From Pyrobaculum aerophilum str. IM2 (GTDB taxonomy: Archaea; Thermoproteota; Thermoprotei; Thermoproteales; Thermoproteaceae): a stretch of 32,000 nt of DNA. Position numbers and translations under genes: made by a program. The stretch covers positions 1,620,001 through 1,652,000 of the forward strand of contig NC_003364.1 of the NCBI RefSeq assembly GCF_000007225.1, read 5' to 3'. Each line of letters begins with the position of its first letter. Positions within the stretch are counted from its first letter, which is position 1. The notes under the pieces are model-generated. The model had not been told where the DNA came from. It saw nothing but the letters and a program-made list of their open reading frames with translations, and searched no databases. This document shows, piece after piece, positions 1-9,884 of this stretch.

Positions 1-1037
1 GGCCCGCTGTGGCTAAAATCGTTGAGCCGGAGGTAGCCGTGGGGAGGACCGGCTATACGAAATACCATACTGTTCACTGCGGCCCAGACGCCATATACAT
101 CTCGGCGTTAGGAGGCCCCGACGGCAGGGAGGGGCCGGGCGGAATATTCCTACTGGATCACGACACTTTTGAGCCAATAGGCAGGTGGGAGGTCTACAGA
201 GGCCCTCAGTATTTCGCCTACGACTTCTGGTGGAATCTTCCCAGCGGCGTTATGATTACAAGCGAGTGGACCGTGCCGAGGTGTTTTGAGGAAGGCTTTA
301 GTTTAGAGTGCTTAAAAGAAGGCGCCTACGGGAATAAGCTTCATGTATGGGACTTGGCAAAGAGAAGGCATTTATACGCCATAGATCTCGGCCAGGAGCA
401 CAGAATGGTGTTAGAGGTTAGGCCTCTCCACGATCCCACTAAACTAATGGGCTTTGTAAACGTAGTGCTTAACACTAAAGATCTGTCCAGTTCCATATGG
501 CTCTGGTTTTATGAAGATGGGAAGTGGCAGGCGGAGAGGGTAATTGACATTGAGGCACAGCCTTTTGAGGGACCTCTGCCGCCTGTGTTAAAAGATTTTA
601 AAATGGTCCCGCCGCTTGTCACAGATATAGACATATCCCTCGACGACCGCTTCCTATACGTCTCTCTGTGGGGGCTTGGGGAGCTTAGACAATACGACAT
701 TACAAACCCGCACCAGCCTAGGCTGGCAGGCAGGGTGAAAATCGGCGGCTTGTATCACAGAGAGCCGCACCCCTCGGGGGCCGAGGCCACGGGGGCGCCG
801 CAGATGATCTCAGTGAGTAGAGACGGGAGGAGGGTCTACATCACTAACAGTCTTTACAGCAGTTGGAATAACCAGTTCTACCCAGGCCTCAGGGGCTGGA
901 TGGCAAAAGTAAACGTAAATCCCGAGGGGGGTTTAGAGTTAGAAAAGGAGTTTTTCGTGGACTTCGGCAGGGCCAGGGCCCACCAAGTGAGGCTTTGGGG
1001 CGGCGACGCCTCCACCGACAGCTTCTGCTACCCATAA
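1..1037 (+). CDS. Selenium-binding protein (SBP56 / methanethiol-oxidase family), C-terminal ~340 aa; the 5' end lies outside the window
   Basis: The reading frame is open to the window edge. Motifs HTVHCGPD and YDFWWNLPSGVMITSEWTVP are typical of SBP56. From memory, full-length family members are clearly longer than 342 aa, so the GTG at 9 is probably internal. Confidence 0.85.
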   Translation, partial: PAVAKIVEPEVAVGRTGYTKYHTVHCGPDAIYISALGGPDGREGPGGIFLLDHDTFEPIGRWEVYRGPQYFAYDFWWNLPSGVMITSEWTVPRCFEEGFSLECLKEGAYGNKLHVWDLAKRRHLYAIDLGQEHRMVLEVRPLHDPTKLMGFVNVVLNTKDLSSSIWLWFYEDGKWQAERVIDIEAQPFEGPLPPVLKDFKMVPPLVTDIDISLDDRFLYVSLWGLGELRQYDITNPHQPRLAGRVKIGGLYHREPHPSGAEATGAPQMISVSRDGRRVYITNSLYSSWNNQFYPGLRGWMAKVNVNPEGGLELEKEFFVDFGRARAHQVRLWGGDASTDSFCYP

Positions 1038-1040
1038 CCC

Positions 1041-1577
1041 GTGGATCTTTTTTCCCTATATCCCGTCTTATTGGGAGTTTTACACGGAGTAGACCCCAGC
1101 CGTGGGTGGCTCTTCGTGGCTTATGCCTATCATTTGGGCAAAAGCAGACTGAGGGCTATTGCCGTACTCCTGGCCCTTTGGTATGGACACAGCGCGGGCC
1201 TTTATCTCAGCTATGTGTCCTACAACCTCTTCGCCGCAGTGAAGCCGGCGCTGGCCGTAGCCCTTTTAGCCGTATCACTACTGCCGCTTTTCGTGAAGAC
1301 GCACGGGTTTATAAGGCCGTGGAGTAAGACAGGGGCGCTGTTTACAGCCGCCTTATTAGCCGGAGTTATACACGGCGGGGGGTTAATGCTCGGGGCGCTG
1401 TGCGGCTTTTCAAATGCGGCGTTTTTTATACACATAGCGACAACTCTAGCAGTAATGGGGGCCATGGCCGCCATAGCCTCGCTGTCTTTATCAATTATAA
1501 GACGTGTGTGGATAAACTACGACTATATTTATGCGGCGACTGGAATAGCCATATCCATATATCTCCTCCTGGCTTAA
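1041..1577 (+). CDS. Polytopic membrane protein with His-bearing TM motifs (possible metal permease, family unverified)
   Basis: GTG start lies 3 nt after the SBP56 stop, which suggests an operon. About 5-6 hydrophobic helices. Motifs LGVLHGVDPSRGW, WYGHSAG, GVIHGGG and FFIHIAT weakly recall RcnA/NicO/HupE-type transporters. Confidence 0.6.
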   Translation: MDLFSLYPVLLGVLHGVDPSRGWLFVAYAYHLGKSRLRAIAVLLALWYGHSAGLYLSYVSYNLFAAVKPALAVALLAVSLLPLFVKTHGFIRPWSKTGALFTAALLAGVIHGGGLMLGALCGFSNAAFFIHIATTLAVMGAMAAIASLSLSIIRRVWINYDYIYAATGIAISIYLLLA

Positions 1578-1615
1578 AAATGGGCGAGGGAAAAAAGGGG
1601 TTATTTCTAAGGGGG

Positions 1616-2104
1616 TTATTTCTGAGCGCCTATTTTCTCAGCCTCTTTTATAACCTCATCGTATGGAGGCTCGTCGCGCGGATCGTCGCTGTACCACACG
1701 TATCTGATAGTGCCGGTGGGGTCTATAATATACACAGCTCTTTTCGCCAGATGGTAAAGCGGCAGGCCGAGGAGGTTGGCTTGAACCACGTCGTACATGC
1801 CTATAACAATACGGTTGTAGTCTGACAGAAGCGGGAAGTTGAGTCTGTTGGCGTCTTTAAACGCTTTTAGCGCGAAGGGGCTGTCTACCGATATGGCTAA
1901 AACCTCGGCGTTGGCCTTGTTTAAAAGCGCCATTTTATCTCTAAATGTACACAGCTCCTTGGTGCAGACAGAGGTAAACGCGCCTGGGAAGAACAGAAGC
2001 ACTACTGGCCTCCCACGTTTTAATACCTCAGAAAGCCTCACGGGCTTTAACTCCTCGTTTAGCAATTCGAAGTCTGGCGCCTTGTCACCCACTTTCAGGA
2101 CCAT
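1616..2104 (-). CDS. bcp: Bcp/PrxQ-type peroxiredoxin (AhpC/TSA family)
   Basis: Motifs VGDKAPDFEL and FFPGAFTSVCTKELCTF (Cys-x4-Cys). I moved the start to ATG 2104 because a TTTTTAAATAC TATA-like element sits at about 2122-2132, roughly 23 nt upstream. The longer ORF start at 2134 would lie beyond that element. Confidence 0.9.
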   Translation of the reverse strand: MVLKVGDKAPDFELLNEELKPVRLSEVLKRGRPVVLLFFPGAFTSVCTKELCTFRDKMALLNKANAEVLAISVDSPFALKAFKDANRLNFPLLSDYNRIVIGMYDVVQANLLGLPLYHLAKRAVYIIDPTGTIRYVWYSDDPRDEPPYDEVIKEAEKIGAQK

Positions 2105-2115
2105 AGGCAATTGTG

Positions 2116-2137
2116 GATATGTATTTAAAAACATATC
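2116..2137. promoter_or_regulatory. 7-bp inverted repeat GATATGT/ACATATC bracketing the putative bcp TATA box
   Basis: GATATGT at 2116-2122 and ACATATC at 2131-2137, with spacer ATTTAAAA. Counted by hand. Confidence 0.4.
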
Positions 2138-2192
2138 TTAATGAAAATTAAAGACAATTTCTTTCCAATTCTTAATTCATTGTATTACCTAA

Positions 2193-2229
2193 AATATTAA
2201 ATTAAAATTCTATATTTTAATTTAATATT
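2193..2229. promoter_or_regulatory. Perfect 16-bp inverted repeat with a 5-nt spacer in the divergent bcp/rhodanese intergenic region
   Basis: AATATTAAATTAAAAT (2193-2208), TCTAT, ATTTTAATTTAATATT (2214-2229). Verified base by base. Confidence 0.5.
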
Positions 2230-2311
2230 AATTTAAGGATTCAATCATATCGTCGCATGTGAAGTTTTTGCATGTTAGAAATCTTTTTTAAATGGAATTC
2301 AATATTTTCTC

Positions 2312-3157
2312 ATGGCTGAAGTAATAGTGTCAACCGAATGGGTCCAGCAGAACTTAAACAATCCCAAGGTTAGGATTGTAGAAGTGGATTACGACCCCAC
2401 CACTGCTTACGACGCGTGGCACGTCCCAAACGCCATTTTAATAGCGTGGAAAGAATTGCGCCATCCCGTGCGGAGGGATTTCATAGAGCCTGCCGATTTC
2501 GAAAGGCTTATGTCTGAGAAGGGCATTTCCAACGACCACACAGTGGTCTTATACGGCGATTTTAACAACTGGTTTGCCACATACGCCTTCTGGCTTTTCC
2601 AGGCCTACGGCCATGAAGATGTGAGGATTATGGACGGGGGGAGAACTGCGTGGGCTAAAGAGGGCAGGCCCACGTCTAGAGAAAAGCCGAGCTTCCCCAA
2701 GACGCAGTACAAGGTTAGGCGAGTGGACTGGGGCTCTAGGAGGGCCTATCTTTGGGAAGTAATGCAAAAAGTACTACACGGCGAAGTTAAGAAAAACGTA
2801 ATTCTCGTCGACGTTAGAAGCCCGGCGGAGTACAGAGGCGAGATAACTGCGCCTCCTGAGTACGCCAACGAGCAGACTCAAGTGGGAGGCCACATACCCG
2901 GGGCAATTAACATCCCCTGGGGCCAGGCCGTGGATCCAGAGACGGGCAAGTTCAAACCGCCCGAGGTGTTAAGGCGCCTATACGAATCGGCCGGCGTGAC
3001 GCCCGACAAGGAGATTATAACATATTGCAGAATAGGGGAGAGGGCCGCCCACACTTGGTTTGTGCTTAAATACATTTTGAAATACCCAGCAGTGAGGGTA
3101 TACGACGGCTCTTGGGCCGAGTGGGGCAATTTAGTGGGCGCCCCAGTGGAAAAATAA
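2312..3157 (+). CDS. Thiosulfate/3-mercaptopyruvate sulfurtransferase (tandem rhodanese domains)
   Basis: Two-domain architecture. Active-site loop CRIGERAAHTW (CRxGxR type) lies in the C-terminal domain, and DVRSPAEYRGE is typical of the family. Confidence 0.88.
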   Translation: MAEVIVSTEWVQQNLNNPKVRIVEVDYDPTTAYDAWHVPNAILIAWKELRHPVRRDFIEPADFERLMSEKGISNDHTVVLYGDFNNWFATYAFWLFQAYGHEDVRIMDGGRTAWAKEGRPTSREKPSFPKTQYKVRRVDWGSRRAYLWEVMQKVLHGEVKKNVILVDVRSPAEYRGEITAPPEYANEQTQVGGHIPGAINIPWGQAVDPETGKFKPPEVLRRLYESAGVTPDKEIITYCRIGERAAHTWFVLKYILKYPAVRVYDGSWAEWGNLVGAPVEK

Positions 3158-3185
3158 TTTTTTCCCAGTGGAAAAATAATTTTTT
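3142..3185. repeat. Perfect 22-bp tandem duplication (CCCAGTGGAAAAATAATTTTTT x2) covering the rhodanese stop codon and a T-run
   Basis: Unit 1 is 3142-3163 and unit 2 is 3164-3185, identical at every position. The last base of copy 2 is part of the stop codon of the convergent Rieske gene. Confidence 0.9.
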
Positions 3186-3535
3186 CACACCTCCACCTCT
3201 ATCCACCCCTCGTTTTCTCTGATGGGATAGGTCCTCACCCCCATTTTTTCCTTAGGCGCGTTAGGCGCCACGTAGGGAGGCTCTAACATTGCGCCTGTCC
3301 TTAAGTCAAACACGGCGTGGTGGCACGGGCACTTGACTGTGAGATTGGCCGGATCGAGAATTCCCAGAATACACTTGGCGTGTGTACACACGGCGTCTAT
3401 GGCATACAGCCTCCCCTCCACATACGCCATGAACACGACTTTAGACTCAACCCCGGCCTCAGTCTTGACGTCTATTTTAACCGCGGCGGAGCCGGCCTTT
3501 TGCAACGCCGCCGCCGAGATAGTCCTCCTCCACAT
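3185..3535 (-). CDS. Small Rieske [2Fe-2S] domain protein
   Basis: CTH...(16 aa)...CPCH Rieske signature. I set the start to ATG 3535 (MWRRTISAAAL...) because the palindromic TATA element 3556-3565 lies about 25 nt upstream. The longer ORF to 3697 would run through the promoter. Confidence 0.8.
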   Translation of the reverse strand: MWRRTISAAALQKAGSAAVKIDVKTEAGVESKVVFMAYVEGRLYAIDAVCTHAKCILGILDPANLTVKCPCHHAVFDLRTGAMLEPPYVAPNAPKEKMGVRTYPIRENEGWIEVEV

Positions 3536-3555
3536 ATAAGTCCGTCCGATAGCTA

Positions 3556-3565
3556 TTTTTAAAAA
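3556..3565. promoter_or_regulatory. Palindromic TATA-like element TTTTTAAAAA shared by two divergent genes
   Basis: Its centre is about 25 nt from the Rieske ATG (3535, minus strand) and about 27 nt from the ATG at 3588 (plus strand). Confidence 0.5.
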
Positions 3566-3587
3566 GTATTTATGACCACAACGAAAT

Positions 3588-3847
3588 ATGACTATGAGAT
3601 TAATACCACACAGCGTGTATACGCGGTTTGTGTACACGCCCGAAGGCGGGATATACAGAAGGGAGAGGCTCAAGATGAGGTCCGTGCCTGTCGACATCGA
3701 CGTCTACGGCTGGGTTTACTGTGCGGACTGTATGACGCCGCTGTTCACGAGGGAGGAGGCCTTGAGACATGCAGAAGAGGGGCACCTTATCGCAGTGGAG
3801 TTCATGCCGGATGAGGCGGCCCCGGAGGAGATCCCCGCGGTGGACTA

Positions 3848-3848
<1 letters not shown>
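3588..3848 (+). CDS. Small protein with a C2H2-like zinc-finger pattern, first gene of the OFOR operon
   Basis: YCADC-x12-H-x4-H (CADCMTPLFTREEALRHAEEGH). Its stop TAA overlaps the ATG of the next gene (TAATG at 3846-3850). The start is uncertain; the alternative is ATG 3675. Confidence 0.55.
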
Positions 3849-6656
<2,808 letters not shown>

Positions 6657-6951
6657 GGGAGTAAATCCCCCGTAGGGATAATTTTTTGTTTACTTTTCTC
6701 ATCAGACGGGGCCTTTGCCTATACACTTTTGCCGACTCCTTTGCTCATTTCTCCGCGTTTTAAACGTCTAATCAAAAGGCGGGAGATCCCTCTTGCTGGC
6801 AAGCGATAACTTTACGAGCTGAGATCGCCAAGTAGTTTAACGCTACATCTCCTCAGGTGGCTGTTATGCCAGCCCGGCGTGTCCCCTGAGGCGTCAAGTA
6901 TAAAGGGGGCTTGTCGCTTGGGGAGAAATTTTTTAAATCTAGACGCCAATT

Positions 6952-7705
6952 GTGGGTGTGATTAATTTTGATATTGTTTTGAGCTCGCTGGTCGCCCAGG
7001 CCCCTCTCGTGGCAGTTGCAGTTTTAATCCTCTATTACACTCTGGACAAGAGAATTGACAAAGTCAAAGCCGACTTGGGAGGCCGTATTGACAAGTTAGA
7101 AAACACTGTGGAGGGTCTAAGCAACAGGATGGAAAGGCTTGAAAACTCCGTCGTTAATCTAAACAACCGGGTGGAAAAACTAGAGGGCTTATTTGCTGAA
7201 ATGAAAAGTCGTTTTGAAGAGCTGAGGAGCTCCGTGGCTGATGTTAGGGGGCGCGTGGAGAGGCTTGACGGCTTATTTGCCGAGTTGAGAAATCGCGTGG
7301 ATTTAATCGGCGCCCGTCTCAACGCCGTTAGGCGCGACGTGAGGTCGCTGGGGCGGGGCTTTTATACTTATGCTCTAATTGACTTCTTGGCGTCTAAGGG
7401 GGTTGTGAACTAGCCCGAGGCGGTGCTCCTCAAGGGCTCTCTCAAGGTGGTGGTGCCCTACGCCCAGTCTAAGTACTACACCGAGGAGGTGAGGAGGAGG
7501 CTAATAGCGCTGTTAGACAAGGAGATTAAAGACTACACGTGGGACGCTGGAGAAAATAGCCGAGGCCATATACAACGAGTACATAGAGACGGGGAGGGAG
7601 GACCTCCTAGACTACTACCCCAAGCTAATGACATTCACAGCAATAGTCAGAGGGCTGATCAGGAGGAGGGAAATGGAGAAAAGACAAAGTAGCACAGTGG
7701 CGTGA
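6952..7705 (+). pseudogene. Disrupted paralog of the TM + coiled-coil + KYYTEEVR-domain protein encoded at 30118-30768
   Basis: The N-terminus (VAVAVLILYYTLDKRI) and the SKYYTEEVRRRL segment align with the 216-aa paralog. An in-frame TAG sits at 7411-7413. A 1-nt frameshift occurs near 7543: after DYTWD the homology continues in frame 2 as TLEKIAEAIYNEYIETGREDLLDYY, ending at TGA 7703-7705. Confidence 0.75.
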
Positions 7706-7810
7706 AAAAGGCGATTTGCTACATTGCTTAACACATATTCGCGGCTGACGAGAAAGGGACAGCGCCTTAACCGTAGCAGAAGACTTTTAAATGGCGCGGA
7801 GTTGATATTT

Positions 7811-8143
7811 ATGGCAAAGGTGGCTGTTGTGGTGGTGTCTGACGACGAGAAGTTCGACTTAGCTTTAATGTTCGCATACCGTTCATATATAAATAAGAGG
7901 TTTTCAGATCTTAAAGTGCTCTTTTTCGGCCCAAGCCAGAGAAGGTTGGCGAAACTCGAAGGGGAAAATTTGAAAATTTTGTCGGAGCTCGTGCAAGCTG
8001 GCGTAGTCGACTCGGCGTGTGTTAGATACGCAGAAAACTGGGGTCTTTCTGAAGAGATTACGAAAAGGGGCGTGAGGCTTGCCTCCTTTGGTGAGAGACT
8101 AGCCGCGTTGTTAAACGACGGATACTACACAATTACTTTTTAA
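7811..8143 (+). CDS. DsrE/DsrF-like small protein (family assignment tentative)
   Basis: MAKVAVVVVSDDEKFDLALMFA... has a Rossmann-like N-terminus typical of DsrE-fold proteins. A CTTTTAAATGG TATA-like element lies about 24 nt upstream of ATG 7811. The longer ORF from 7724 is unsupported. Confidence 0.5.
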   Translation: MAKVAVVVVSDDEKFDLALMFAYRSYINKRFSDLKVLFFGPSQRRLAKLEGENLKILSELVQAGVVDSACVRYAENWGLSEEITKRGVRLASFGERLAALLNDGYYTITF

Positions 8144-8144
8144 C

Positions 8145-9473
8145 GTGTATTACGTCGCAAAAGCCAGCCAGCTTTTTATAGAGAGCGGGACGAAATTCCA
8201 ACGCGATATAATATGGGCAATGGGCGTCATGAAATTCGCCGCGGCCAGGGCAAACGCCGAATTAGGCTTGTTGAGCTGGGAGAAGGCGTATGCAATTATG
8301 GATGTGGCGAGGGAGATTATGGAGGGGCTTCACGACGGGCGTATTGTCGTAGACGTCTTCCAGACGGGATCTGGCACGGGGCTTAACATAAATGTAAACG
8401 AGGTAATTGCGCAGAGGGCTTTGGAGAAATTCGGCATCTCCCTCCACCCCAATGACGACGTAAATCTCGGCCAGTCCTCAAATGACGTAGTGCCAACTGC
8501 CATAAGGCTCGCGGTGATTAAGGCATGGAGCGATAAACTGAGGCCAAAGCTAATTAAGTTAATTGACGCGTTAGGCGCCAAGGCGGAGGAGTTTAAGACT
8601 GTTGTGAAGGCGGGGCGGACGCATTTAAGAGACGCCTTGCCCGTCACCTTCGGCCAAGAGCTCTCAGGATACCGCGACGCTTTCGCCAGAAATCTCAAGG
8701 CCCTTGAGTCTTTGGGGGAGTTTGTAAAGGAGGTGCCAATAGGCGGCACTGCGGTGGGAACTGGCGTGAACACGCACCCCTCCTTCGGGGAGAGGGTTGT
8801 GGAGATTATAAACGCCGAGACGGGCTTGGCGATAAAGAGGGGAAACCCCTTTACTGAAATGAAGCTTTTGACAGATATCCTCCTCTTCTCCGGCGGCTTG
8901 AGGGCGCTGGCTGTGGATCTGTTACGGCTCTGCCAAGACTTAAGGCTTATGTTCTCCGGGCCTTACACAGGCTTGGGGGAGATCGAACTGCCCTCGCAAG
9001 AGGAGGTGCCCGGCTCTAGCGCCATGCCGGGCAAGACTAATCCCGTCACGCTTGAGGCTACAATGCAAGCCGTTGTTTACGTGCTGGGGCTTGACGAAAC
9101 AGTGAAATGGGCCGCGTCGCTTGGGGAGTTCGAGCTGGCCATGGGGATACCTGTGGCCGGCTGGGCCACGGTAAGGGAGGTGGAGGTGCTGGCCGAGGCT
9201 TTGGGGAAAATTACTGATCTCGTGATTCTGAATATGAAGCCTAAAGTGGACATCATGAAGAGTTACGCCGAGAGATCCGCGGCGCTAATCACTTTACTCG
9301 CGCCGATAATGGGGTACGACAAGGCCAGGGAGGTGGCGGGGAGATCAATTAGAGATGTGTTGAGAGAAATGGGATTAGACGAGTCAGAAATTGAAAAATT
9401 GCTTGATCCCGCGAATTTGACTACTCCAGGTTTTAAGGTTAGGCGACGGCATAAAAACGGCTCTCAGAGCTAA
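8145..9473 (+). CDS. fumC: Class II fumarate hydratase / aspartase-family lyase
   Basis: Signature GSSAMPGKTNP, plus TGSGTGLNINVNEV, SSNDVVPTA and GRTHLRDALPVTFGQE. GTG start lies 1 nt after the previous stop. Confidence 0.88.
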   Translation: MYYVAKASQLFIESGTKFQRDIIWAMGVMKFAAARANAELGLLSWEKAYAIMDVAREIMEGLHDGRIVVDVFQTGSGTGLNINVNEVIAQRALEKFGISLHPNDDVNLGQSSNDVVPTAIRLAVIKAWSDKLRPKLIKLIDALGAKAEEFKTVVKAGRTHLRDALPVTFGQELSGYRDAFARNLKALESLGEFVKEVPIGGTAVGTGVNTHPSFGERVVEIINAETGLAIKRGNPFTEMKLLTDILLFSGGLRALAVDLLRLCQDLRLMFSGPYTGLGEIELPSQEEVPGSSAMPGKTNPVTLEATMQAVVYVLGLDETVKWAASLGEFELAMGIPVAGWATVREVEVLAEALGKITDLVILNMKPKVDIMKSYAERSAALITLLAPIMGYDKAREVAGRSIRDVLREMGLDESEIEKLLDPANLTTPGFKVRRRHKNGSQS

Positions 9474-9884
9474 TTCGACTCTCCTTTTCCCCACTCTCGC
9501 CGATGTTAGATGTGAAGTGATGTAATTATATGCCAAGCCTTTAATGCAGAAAACTGCGCCCCCTCTGGTTTACCAAACATTTAAAAAGGACGCCAAAGCC
9601 GCAATCTGTATATACAAATGTCAGCTGGGTTTTATTCAATGTTTAAATCTAAGCGCATTTCCATCAGCCTCAGGCGTCGAATAGGGCCTAAGGGGAAATC
9701 CATTAAACCTTTAAAGAACTGCCACTCCCACCACGCCCCGGGCCGGGCATAACTAATGGGCCAAAGGCTGTGGAAGCCCCTTTGGGACGGAACCGGCTAT
9801 GGGGTTGATAGTCCCGGGCTCTCTGCGGGAGGAGTAAACGCGTAGCCGCATCCCGGAGGCACCTGGGGCGAAAAGGGAACGTAA

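Noticed and set aside
3572-3814. 80-aa ORF in an alternative frame to the Zn-finger ORF.
   Set aside because: Its ATG is only about 11 nt from the TATA centre. The translation is Arg/Gly-rich without motifs. The 3588 frame has the C2H2 pattern and couples to the OFOR start.
7411-7413. In-frame TAG in the coiled-coil gene as a possible pyrrolysine or programmed read-through site.
   Set aside because: Pyrrolysine decoding is known from methanogen-type lineages with pyl genes, and none are visible here. The same gene also carries a 1-nt frameshift about 130 nt further on, so simple decay is more parsimonious.
9788-9822. ACGGAACCGGCTAT and GATAGTCCCGGGCTC resemble the RNase P RNA CR-V and CR-I (P4 helix) strands, including the bulged U.
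   Set aside because: The order is the reverse of RNase P RNA. Only 7 nt separate the two strands, so they just form a local hairpin. I could not build P1-P3 or P15 around them. I kept the region only as part of the generic ncRNA candidate at 9474-9884.
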